Source of the DNA: Octopus vulgaris
Lineage: Eukaryota
NCBI GenBank assembly: GCA_951406725.2
Contig: OX597838.1
Location: forward strand, 25,854,001-25,918,000
Direction: 5' to 3'
Length of the DNA stretch: 64,000 nt
Within the stretch, counting starts at the first letter, position 1; each line of letters starts with the position of its first letter. The position numbers and the translations under genes were made by a program. The notes below the pieces were generated by a model. That model ran no database searches. It saw only the letters and a list, made by a program, of their open reading frames with translations, and was not told the origin of the DNA. Below are positions 12,500 to 23,185 of the stretch, in pieces.

Positions 12500-14188
12500 G
12501 TGAGATCTTCCTTTTAATCCCCACTCAACTCAAACACTCACTCTCAACTGTAACTTCCTCTACTCAACTATACCACACCACACCTCACCACCATAACCCC
12601 GCTACACTATGAATATGTGACTTGGTAAGTCCAGGGTACCCTCTACTTTGAAATCCACCAAAGGAACTTCCTATAGGAAGTGGAGTGGCTGTGTAGTAAG
12701 ATATTAGCTTCCCAACCACATGGTTCCAGGTTCAGTCCCACTGTGTAATACCTTGGGTTAGTGTCTTCTACAATAGCCTCAAGCTGACCAAGCCCTTGTG
12801 AGTGAATTTGGTAGATGGAAACTGAAAGAAGCCCATTCATCATCATTTAGCGTCCGCTTTCCATGCTAGCATGGGTTGGACGGTTCAACTGGGGTCTGGG
12901 AAGCCAGGAGGCTGCACCAGGCTCCAGTCTGATCTGGCAGTGTTTCTATGGCTGGATGCCCTTCCTAACGCCAACCACTCCGTGAGTGTAGTAGGTGCTT
13001 TTTACGTGCCACCAGCACAGGGGCCAGGCGAGACTGGCAACGGCCACGATTGGATGGTGCTTTTTACGTTGCACTGGCATGGAGGCCCGTAGGGGGCGGC
13101 GCTGGCAATGGCCACGTTGTATATATATTGTATATATATATATATATGATGATGATATATATATATATATGTCACCACAACTGTCATCACCACCATTAGG
13201 ATGTTTTTGTATATATATATGATGATGGTATTTATATATGTCTGTATGTATGTATATGTGTGTGTGTTTGTTCCCCTCCACCACTTGACATCTGGTGTTG
13301 GTGTGTTTATGTCCCTGTAACTTAATGGTTCAGCAAAAGAGACCAATAGGATAGTCTCTTTTTTTTTTTAAAAAAAGCAAACTTTAAAAAAAGAAAAAAG
13401 TACTGGGGGTGATTCATTTGACTAACTCTTCTTCAAGGTTGTGCCCCAGCATGGCCACAGTCTGACGACTGAAACAAGTAAAAGATAGTGGGGTCCCAAT
13501 TAAACTTTGCTAAGTGTAAGCTGAAACATCTATCTATCACCTTTATGTATTACAGAGGCAGTGCATTGGGGTGCTTACTGGTTAGGCCACATTATTCCGT
13601 AAGGAGCACAGGGTCAGCTTCCTGGTTTCTCTGGCGTATACATTCCTCGTGGGATGGGACACCAGTCCATTGCAGAATTACTCATTTTTTCCAGCTGGAG
13701 AAATGAAGTGTTTTGCTCAAGAAGACAATGCATCACCTGGTCCAGGAATCGAAACCTCAATCTTCTGACCATGAGTCCAACACCCTAACCACTAAGCATG
13801 GGATGGTTCTTGCTTACTTAAAATCAGATCTGTCATGGACCCCAGGATTCCTAAGGCCAGAGCTTATCCCATTTCCCATGGGGTGTAAGTGACTGAAATT
13901 TTGACATTCCTCTCCCCTGTAGAGGACGCTGGTCTCTCTCAGGGTTAACTTCCCAGTTATTGCTGGAACACATTTACAGCTGAATGGACTGGTGCAACGT
14001 GAAATGAATTGTCTTGCTCAAGAACACAATGCATTGCCAGGCCTTGTGCCTATTGTAGAAAGGATTATTGTAACACCACCACTATTAGGATATTTTTGTT
14101 TTTGTTTATTTTTAAATGTGTTTTTTGTTTTCTTTTTAACTCTCTCCCTTTTTTGTTTTTCTTTTTTTTTTTGTTTATTTCTCTCCAG

Positions 14189-14340
14189 ATTCGGATGCAA
14201 CCGAGAAGCATGACTATGTGATGGGGGTGTTACCTTGCCAACTCTACATGTGCACCAGATGTCGCAGATCTGTGGCTAAATCGTCGGCCCTGAGGTTCTG
14301 TTCTCGATGTGCAGATGTCATAGCTGAAGACTACCAATGA
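14189..14340 (+). CDS. IARS2: IARS2 last coding exon with C-terminal zinc finger (...MCTRCRR...FCSRCADVIAEDYQ*)
   Basis: ctccag acceptor after a long pyrimidine tract; CxRC-x-CxRC zinc finger of IleRS; TGA at 14338-14340. Confidence 0.93.
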
Positions 14341-14649
14341 GTGCAGCTCTCTGAACTCACACTCACATTGTCTCCAGCTCTTTCTGTCTGTCTGTCTGTC
14401 TGTCTGTCTCTCACTGAAGTGATCTCAAAGGAGAGTGAGATCACTCGATTCATGAGTGAAGATGCTTGTCTGTCTGTCTGTCTCTCTTTCTCAAGAAAAA
14501 AATGCAGACTTCCTACCAGCGAGTATAGCTTTTTCTTTTCTTTCCTTTAAAGCTGAAACCTTCATTAAGTGAAGCAGTCTCCATTAAGAGCTCCCCTTCC
14601 TCAAGGAATTCTGAAGAAAGACAACTCTATCAAAATATCCATCAATCTT

Positions 14650-15012
14650 ACTGTCTGTCTGTCTGTCTCTGTCTGCTGTCTCTCTCTCTCACTATCTCTA
14701 TCTTTCTTTTTCCCCTTCTCTCTCCTTTTGTTTGTTTGTTTGTTTCTTTCTTTCTTTCTCTCTCCTTTTGTTTCTTTGTTTGTGTTTCTTTCTGTCTGTT
14801 ACTCTCTCTCTTTCTTTTTTTCTGTCTGTTTCTCTCTCTCTTTATTTCTCCTTTTCTTTCTTTCTCCTTTTGTTTCTTTCTTTCTTTCTGTCTCTGTCTG
14901 TCTGTTGCTCTCTTTCTCTCTTTCTTTCTCTCTTTATTTCTCCTTTACTTTCTCTCTCCTTTTGTTTGTTTGTTTCTGTCTGTCTGTCTATCTCTGTTTT
15001 TCTCTCTCTACT
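14650..15012 (+). repeat. long CT/T-rich low-complexity tract
   Basis: (ct)n, (tttc)n, (gtct)n, (gttt)n mosaic. Confidence 0.9.
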
Positions 15013-15082
15013 TTGGAAGCTTGTGATATTCCCTCTTATGAAATGTCAGTACTACGCTAATGAGTGATGCTCAGATATCAAG

Positions 15083-15680
15083 GAGTGCAGCTGTATAGCT
15101 CCACTCAAATGTCAGCAGCAGATGACACATTGAGGGATGGAGCCATCATGTCACTCTCTCTATTCAAGGACGACAGAAGACAGGGGACTCATACCAAACC
15201 TTCAGTGGGAGTGCAGTTGTATAGCTTCACTCAAGTGACAACTGCAGACTGTCTGTGAGTGCAACTGTCAATCCACACTTGAATAACAACTGTAAACTCA
15301 AAGAGTGCAGCTGTATATCTCAAATCAAATGACAACAGAGACTACCAGTGAGTGTAGCTGTTCATCTCTACTCAAGTGATAACAGAAGACCCAGTGAGTG
15401 CAACAGTAAGTCTCCATTCAAGTGACAACAGTGTCAGTGAGTGCAGCTGTCAGTCTCCACTAAAATGACAACAGCAGTCTATCAGTGAGTGAATCTGTAA
15501 GTTTGTACTCAAGTGACAACAGTTGACTTGAGTGTATTTGTAAGTCCGCACTCAAGTGACAGCAATAGACTCAGTGAGTGCAGCTGTCAGTCTGCACTCA
15601 AATGAGAACAACACTCTGTCAGTGAGTGGAACTTTCAGTCTCCACTCAAGTGACAACAACAGACCCAGTGAATGCAACTA
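15083..15680 (+). repeat. degenerate tandem array of ~12 units (43-49 bp), each with an internal hairpin, downstream of the IARS2 stop
   Basis: recurring cagTGAGTGcagctgtcagtctcCACTCAagtgacaaca; perfect 9-bp stem at 15575-15600. Confidence 0.9.
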
Positions 15681-17111
15681 TAACTAATGAGGACATTATT
15701 GTGAAATCGTTAAGAAAATAATTGTTTAAATTTGTAAAAGTCATCTTTTGATGATTTTAAAATCTGTGATTCAACGGAAATTGAATTGTTTTTTGTTTGT
15801 TTGTCTTTGATATTAAATTGTTTTGATTACATGGTAGTCCTGTCATAAATGAGAGATGAGGGCCCTGCAGCTTGTTGCTGAGTAACCTGTAGGGATCATT
15901 TGTTTAATGTTTGTGCTGTGCATCAGCTCCCTTCCCCTCCAACAGATCGGCCCCTGAGACGAAGGGATTACTGAATAAAGTGAAATAAATAAAGTGTTTT
16001 GCTCAGGAAAACAATGCATAGCTTGGTCTGGGAATTGAAACCGTGATCTTGGGATCATGAGTGCAACACCCTAAACACTAGACCATTAGCCTTCACATTG
16101 ATTATATACTTACATACATACATATGCACACACACACACACACACACTCACACATATGCAAGCTTGCATGCATACATCTACAAATACATGTATGTTAACA
16201 TCCATGTATACACACACACACACACATACAGAGGCATAAACATTACACACATGTACATACACACACACATGCAGGCATGCATACAGACATACACTCATAC
16301 ATATATAGATATGTATGTATATAAACATCTATGCAGAGAGACACATACAGACACACAGATACACATATACATAAATACACATACATACCTCATATACACA
16401 CACATTACACAGACATACATTAGACATAAACACACACATACCTAAACATATACATTACACACACACATATTACATATAAACACACATACATTACACACAC
16501 ATATTACACAAACACACACACACATGCATATATTACACACATATACAAACACGGACACACACTCACACACACAATGAATGTTATGTTGACGATGGGTATT
16601 TTGTGGATTAAATCAAGTAAACTCATCATAAATTTACATATATGTGCCTGAGTACTCCATAGACACATGTACCTCCGAAATACAGATACAGTCCACATGG
16701 CAGGTTTCCGCATACTTTCTATTCACTTATTTTCGGTCACATAGCTCGGGTCCGTCGAAGGCCATGGTAAAAAAAAATACACTTGGTCCAAGATATTGCC
16801 TAGTTGGGGATTGAACTGAGAAACGATGCAACTTCAAAAGGCAAACTGCTTGAATGTGTCTGCATCCATTCACAGAGGTACAGAAGGCAGAAGGAGACAA
16901 TTGGGAGCGGCTGTTTTGATGTTGGTAGCTGCTAGGCACAGTGGAGTGGACATTGAACTTGGCTTGGCCACAGTACTTTTTGGCACTGGATAGAACTGAC
17001 TCACACACACATGCATGCACTGCATGGAAACATAGATAGATAGATGGACATGATATATGTATTTACATTATTTATATTTGACGGATATTTGTCCTCATCT
17101 TGCTTGTTGCT

Positions 17112-17157
17112 AACACAACATTTCAGCTGATATGCCCTCCAGCCTTCATCAGGTATC
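17112..17157 (-). ncRNA. hammerhead ribozyme motif in left arm of palindromic element
   Basis: GAUAC-CUGAUGA-A-GGCUG(10 nt)CAGCU-GAA-AUGU-U-GUGUU; loopless stem III implies a dimeric fold. Confidence 0.6.
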
Positions 17158-17406
17158 TTGGGGAAACTTCGAACCTGGGTTCTCATTCCTAAGGTATTTT
17201 TTGATGTTATTGTTGTTATTATTATTATTCAGGTCACTGCCTGGAATCGAATATGTCCATGGTCATAAGACGTAGTGGTTAAGAGCTTGGGCTACTAACC
17301 CCAAGATTCCGAGCTTGATTCTAGGCTGTGACCTGAATAATAATAATAATAACAACAACATTGAAAAATACCTTGGAATGAGAACCCAGGTTCGAAATTT
17401 CCCCAA

Positions 17407-17450
17407 GACACCTGATGAAGGCTGGGGGGTATATCAGCCAAAACGTATTA
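17407..17450 (+). ncRNA. degenerate hammerhead motif in right arm of palindromic element
   Basis: GACAC-CUGAUGA-A-GGCUG...CAGCC-AAAACGU; G12 mutated to A. Confidence 0.45.
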
Positions 17451-19192
17451 ACAACAAAAAAGATGAGGATAAATATCTGTCGAATGTAAATAATGTACAT
17501 AATTCCTCATCTCTTAAATATAGAACTGTATGATATATGTAGATGCACACATACACACACACATTTACATATGCATATATGTACATACACATGCACACAC
17601 GTGTATGTATATATATATATATGCCAATTTTGTACAAGACATTGTAGATCTTTAGCTGGGCTAAAAAGTCACATGCGATCACAGCACCAGTAACAGTTAA
17701 GCTTCGTGCAATGGCCATACTCGATAACAAGGGGGCAGCCATAATATATATATATATAATATATATATATACAAACACGTACATAAATACAAGTACATTC
17801 ACAGACATCCTCACATGTATACACACACACACGAGATAGATAGAGAGAGAGACATAATGATTAATTGAACATTATTGACATAAACCTTTCCTTCTGCTCA
17901 TAAATGCTTTCTCTCTTATACACATTATCATGATCATTTAATGTTCACTTTTCCATGCTTGCATGAGTCAGAAGGAATATATTTGAGGCAAATTTTCTAC
18001 TGCTGGATGCACTTCCTGTCACCAACCATCACCTGTTTCTAAATTAGGTACTACTTCTCCATGGCCAGACATATTGGAAATGAACGACACTGCTTGTATG
18101 ACAATGACACTCATTTACAACTATATATCTATGTATATATATGAGTTTGTGTCTTGACATCCTGTAATAGTTGTAAATGAATGTTTTATATATATATATA
18201 TAAAAGTAGAGGACATTGGAAACGCAAATCCTAGGCTGTCAAACAGATTGCCAACTTTAATACTTTATGTCCGCTTGATCATAATTCGTCTAGGAATTAA
18301 ACAACAAAAGACTGCAACTTGTTTACGACCGTATGACAAACAAGCTCAACTTATTAAATGAAACCAAAGTTACTTTTCAGCAGCTAGTTAAAAAAAAAAA
18401 TTAATTCCTTGGAAATTTTACGTCGACGCTTCGCAGTAAACACGCACAATTGGTAAAACTTACGAAGTGATGGGTTATACATACGAAGGGAGATAACTGT
18501 CATGGTATGTTTTCAAAGGGAAGTAACTCTATTTTCACGCAATAGTTTCAAATTTCAATCTGTTACTCCTTTTTTTAAAGAACTTATTTCAGTCATTAGA
18601 CTGCGGCCAAACTGGGGCACTGCCATGAAGGGGTTATTACTTTTTTTTATTTCTCTTCCAAGGCAGATCAAATGGTAACATAAGAATGAAAAGACGTGCA
18701 ATCATTGTTGTCATGTGTGAAACAGCAATTTAGAAATGGCCAACTTTCTACAAATCTTTTATTCAAAATATGAAAAGGAATATAATTTACAAAAAGAAAA
18801 AAAGGGAGAAAGAAGAAATGTTGCAAGATATGTTGTACAGAATCTTCGGACGAAATTTGAAACCTCTCACAGGAATGTTTCAACTACACCAAGAAAAAAA
18901 AAAGTATTCTAGACGTTCGGACACTATAAGGACACGACATTTCAAACAACGGGTCCAAATCATTATCGATGGTGATCCTGGAAAATCGGTGAGGAATGGA
19001 TTATCGGAACTCTGGTGCTTGAGGGGAGGGGCAAATTCATGCCTGAAAATTTGCAGGAGAACCATTCGACCCGTTCCAAGTGGTTCCTAAGTTAGATTAA
19101 AACTCTCGCGAACATAGCAGGCTTTGATTCGTCTTTGATTAGAAAAAGTTCCACCAAAACTAAAAGTGTAACAGGAAAAGTGACGGACGGTT

Positions 19193-19340
19193 CGCCGAGG
19201 TCGACTTTGCCTTTCATCCTTTCGGGGTCGATAAATAAAGTACCAGTTACGCACTGGGGTCGATGTAATCGACTTAATCCCTTTGTTTGTCCTTGTTTGT
19301 CCCCTCGGTGTTTAGCCCCTTGTGGGTAGTAAAGAAATAT
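19193..19340 (+). mobile_element. 5'-truncated SINE with intact CpGs inserted in the fossil transposase
   Basis: cgccgaggtcgactttgcctttcatcctttcggggtcgataaataaagtacc; tail matches 10760-10857 in reverse. Confidence 0.85.
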
Positions 19341-19383
19341 ATTTGCAGAACCTTTTGACGTTTCCAGAGCGATGCATAACGCG

Positions 19384-19398
19384 CCGGAAGTGACGTCA
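19384..19398 (+). promoter_or_regulatory. overlapping ETS-CRE composite motif CCGGAAGTGACGTCA
   Basis: exact 15-bp match to the GABPA/CREB composite motif; aag|gtgaga donor ~125 bp downstream; function unproven. Confidence 0.5.
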
Positions 19399-20918
19399 GA
19401 TAAGAAGCGGAGTATTCGAATAGCGAGAACTGATTGCATGGTCGGAATCTTCGTAGAGTGTCTCAGAGTTTTTCAGTCGGAGTTTGAGTTGTTTCCTTCT
19501 TCGAGACAGTGCCCAACTTAAGGTGAGAAACACTTTCTTTCCGTCCTTCATACTACACACATTAAGTTTCCAGCAACTGTATTAGTTTTAGGGGTGGTCA
19601 ATGACTCCTCACGTATACATACATATCTATATTTGTATGAGTGTATGTCTGTATGCATGCCTGTGTGTGTGTATGTACATGTGTGTAATGTTTATGCCTC
19701 TAGGTCGTGTCATGCCTCCTCACATCTTTCGAAATTGTCTTAGAATTAATGCTGCTGGTTACGTCGAAGCGCTGGAGACAGTTGTGAAACTCTGGGCTAG
19801 TGAAGTACGCAGTGGAAGGTCGTAGGTATTTCAGCACGTCTCAGTACCTTTTTTCAAAGCCCTCACAACACTAGAATGGATGTCGGGCAATTTTTACGAT
19901 TATGTACCGTCAAACTCGTGGCCTCCAAATTAGCTAGAGTACATACAAGCACAGACATGCTGATGTACGTATAGGCACGTGCACACACGCATATATCTAG
20001 GCACAGATACACGCATATTTATGCAGGCATATACACAAACATACAAACACGTGCATGTATACACAAAAACTTGCATATACAGATATATGTACACACATGA
20101 ATGAACATATACATCCACGAAGGTGAACGCAAACTCGTGGATTCTAAACATATACAAGGAAATATAAAACCATATAGACACACAAATGTAGGCACTTACA
20201 TACAAATGCAGACAAACCTATGTAGGCGCAGACACATATAGTTGTGTGCATATTCTTTACTTTCGCCCCCATGCTTATGGTTTTGAATGTTAGACTGTAC
20301 AGCATAGTCTTTGGGTAAGCAGACTTGTGTGTTTGTATAAAATGTTGGTATGGCCAAGTGTTTAAGAAATTTGCTTTCCAATCACAGATCCTGTATTTGA
20401 TTCCAAAAGCCCTAAGTTGAGAACTTGGTTAGACCAGTGGTTCTCAAACGGGATCCATATGGTTCCTTTGGACAGTGCCATCTTAGGCACTGTCATGGTA
20501 TTAGCTGTCAGAAGTGAAAGTAGAAAAATCTGATGTCAACTTCGTGTATTTACGTTAGCTAATTCCGTGGTAGTGCCCCATCTTAAAGCATGAGAACACT
20601 GAGTAATTACCCAGTTCTGATCTCTGCTGTGGTTTGCTGTCACTATATACTGCAGGGCACAGGGCATTGATGAATTCAGGGACCTATAATGTTGTGAAGG
20701 TGACTCTGCTTGGACGTCTGTATAAGATTTAATTGTTTGTGAGAAATGAATTAATTATACGTAAAGTATACTAGCCATCTCAATATGGCTAACCACTAAG
20801 GGTGGGTGTTACTGTAGCTTTTAGCCCCAGGAGATCATCGTCTCCAGCTGGCTTTAGATACACTTTCTGTGCCCTTATGATATTTGCAAAGGGAGGTCAT
20901 CCTCTCTCGTAAACCTAA

Positions 20919-20978
20919 GTGATACGCATGGACTGCAGTTTCGAGGTTTTTTGCCTCTTGTCAACATACGGTAATCAC
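20919..20978 (-). ncRNA. type I hammerhead ribozyme, U3:A8 core variant
   Basis: CGUAUG-UUGACAA-GAGG(CAAAAAA)CCUC-GAA-AC(UGCA)GU-C-CAUGCG; palindromic stem III, GUC cleavage triplet, stem I extendable by GUGAU/AUCAC. Confidence 0.75.
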
Positions 20979-21779
20979 CGGTTTTTGATGAGGAGAGACC
21001 TGTTTGCGAATATCTATTTAATGTTTTTCCCAGTAACCACTGTCACTGATTTCGAAAAACTGTCTGAAAGCAATAATAAATCTCTGAACGAGATGTAAAC
21101 AGGGGAGAGGCGGTGGGGAAAGTTTACTAAAAAGTTTGCCAGGGGAGGAGATATAACCAGCATTAAAGATTCTGGATGGCCTCAACAGGTAGCTGTGGAA
21201 GTCATCTCAGACACGGATCTTTTCAAGGTAATAAACTCCTTCCCAGAAGATGCATTCCGCTTCTGATTAAGGTGACCTGACCCGGCACTATCGGAGTGCT
21301 TAAGTGACACTTTGAGCCTGGTTGGGTGCCAGTGGGGCAGAAAATAGTAAAAATTAAGAGGCCGAGTGCCTCATACTGAAAGGACATATGGCCCATAAGA
21401 GAAAATGTAAGAGGCCTAGTGTCTCATTTTTCAGGACATGGTATTATTTTTGATAAGAGGCTTAGTGTCTCATTGTAAGGACCTTGTGTCCAATGGAACA
21501 TTAATAAGACGTTTATTACCTCAAATTGTGTGTTTTGTAAAAGAACAATGTTTTCAAGAAGCAGCAGGCATCGTCTGCCTTCCCTCATTAATACCATTTT
21601 TTTCATCATTCATCTCATTGTTATTGTCCAGCATGCAGGTACTACTTCTTTGTAATACCTTGATGGCAAATTGAATGAAATAAAGTGCTTATGTGAGAAG
21701 ATCTCTCAAGGCTTATAATGCAATATTTGGCATTCTAAGAAGACTTTAATATTGCTTTTGTTGCTAATAATCAATTTTT

Positions 21780-22101
21780 ACAGAGATGTACTTGCATAGC
21801 AAGTGACCTGATCTGAGATCGTGTGCTGGAACAAAAACAATTGCAGTGTGGAAGGTGTTTATTAGCCATTTAAGAAACACACAGAAACCGTTAGATTCAC
21901 TTCAACATTTAGATTTAATTTGTCGAAATATTTTTCGTTGCTTTGAGACCGCGACCTATTCAGCACGGAATTTTGTTAGTGAACAGGTTGCAGTCTCAAA
22001 ACGACGAAAATATTTCGGCGAATTAAATTTAAATGTTGAAGTGAATCTAACGGTTTTTGTGTGTTTCTTAAATGGCTTATAAACACCTTCCACGCTGCAA
22101 T
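21780..22101. mobile_element. palindromic Penelope-like repeat
   Basis: ~120-bp inverted arms 21840-21962 and 21980-22101 with a hammerhead-like fold next to the centre. Confidence 0.7.
21969..22024 (+). ncRNA. hammerhead-like motif, G3:C8 core variant (decayed copy)
   Basis: UUUGUU-A-GUGAACA-G-GUUGC(9 nt)ACGAC-GAA-AAUAUU-U-C-GGCGAA; the opposite arm supplies GUCGC and GACAAAUU, improving stems II and I. Confidence 0.5.
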
Positions 22102-23111
22102 CAATTTTTAATATTACCTTAATTTCTTTTTTACTATTGTGGCCTTAGATGAGCCATGTCTCATGTGACTGACATTTTGCAAAAGGTTGCCCTTGCCTGG
22201 GTTAAAGTATGATAAGGACTGGGGAATAAAAGGAGGTTCTTGCATGGTCACTCACATTTAGCAGGAGCTGCAAAGAGATAGGTAGTTGCAATGAGGTGCC
22301 CATGTGATCCCTTAAGGCACTAAGGGATTAGAAGTGGGTGGTTTGTTAGATTAAACGACTAATTGTTGCCGACAATTTATGAACTAGCATACAGTTTTAG
22401 ATTTTAGCCTATTGGGGGTAAGGCAGACATGCACAGTCAACTGTTACATTTAATAGGGGGTACGCACACAAATAGGGAGGAATGTTTTAGTAAGAAAATT
22501 GTTAACCCCTGCCCCTCAAAAAAAAACAAAAAAACAAACAAATCCTACTCTGAAAGATATTCAAAGCATGAATGAAGATAAAGATAGCATGAAATGATGG
22601 TGATTACGATGATGATGATGGTGAAGATGGTGGTGATAATGATGGTGATGATGATGATATTAGAGATAATGACAAATTAAGAGAAATATAAAAACACAAG
22701 ACCGTGAAAGTCTGTACAAAATTGTTTTTATTATTTTAGTTGAGTTGTTTGTTGTTTTTATTTCTTTTTTCTCTTTTTTTTTCTGAAATTCTACGAAACT
22801 GTACAGTGTAGGTAGGTATTAGTCAGTCACACAATTATGAAGACAATATTTCCAGTCCCAAGGTGGCAAAGAGGGAGGGAGGGAGGGAGGGAGCGAGAAG
22901 GAGAAAGAAAGAGAAGGGAGCAGGAGGAACAATTCCTTAATGTTGATTTCCCTTCAGAAAGAAGGAATAAATCCATTTAAGAATTTAAAAAAAAAAAATT
23001 TTAATCTAAAATAATATCTCACACACACACACCTCATGATTAAAGATGATAAAAAAATTAACTTAATTTCACTAACAAAATGAAATGGAAAACTTTGTAT
23101 GCATGTGTGTG

Positions 23112-23149
<38 letters not shown>

Positions 23150-23185
23150 CTGTGTGTGTGTGTGTGTGTGTATATTTCTTATACT

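Larger units (their letters stand above)
1202..14340 (+). other. IARS2: IARS2 gene, 3' part (10 coding exons; 5' exons lie upstream of the window)
   Basis: join(1202-1295,2597-2705,4074-4176,4412-4534,6025-6156,6585-6691,8390-8544,11187-11374,12355-12499,14189-14340) = 1308 nt, open frame, all GT-AG introns with matching phases; motifs typical of mitochondrial/bacterial-type IleRS. Confidence 0.96.
17061..17530. mobile_element. palindromic tRNA-headed, hammerhead-bearing repeat (two divergent copies)
   Basis: arms 17061-17251 and 17314-17500 are imperfect reverse complements; tRNA-like head at 17261-17334. Confidence 0.75.
18860..19933 (+). mobile_element. fossil Tc1/mariner (maT/DD37D-like) transposase, interrupted
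   Basis: colinear peptides RRSDTIRT..QRVQIIIDGDPGKS, GKFMPE..EN..TRSK, FVFD*KKFHQN*K.NRKSD, KFPATVLVLGVV, GRVMPPHIF...VVKLW...VFQH...WPPN, with stops and frameshifts. Confidence 0.8.

Noticed and set aside
14338-14550. Stop readthrough or selenocysteine recoding of IARS2 (69 in-frame codons follow the TGA, which sits in a hairpin)
   Set aside because: The protein already ends normally after the zinc finger, the extension is largely (GTCT)n-derived, the context is UGA-G and no SECIS is recognisable.
15083-15680. CRISPR-like look of the palindromic repeat array
   Set aside because: Eukaryotic context, no unique spacers (inter-hairpin parts are homologous to each other), degenerate repeats, no cas genes.
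17261-17334. Functional tRNA gene
   Set aside because: Degenerate A and B boxes, mispaired arms, and embedded in a repeat; treated as a tRNA-derived head.
20435-20601. hAT MITE (cagtggttctca ... tgagaacactg) with an internal 9-bp hairpin
   Set aside because: Right TIR imperfect and no matching 8-bp TSD; not called with confidence.
22783-22812. cgaaactgtacagtg resembling a hammerhead stem III
   Set aside because: No NUGANNA core or stem II, and position 17 would be G.
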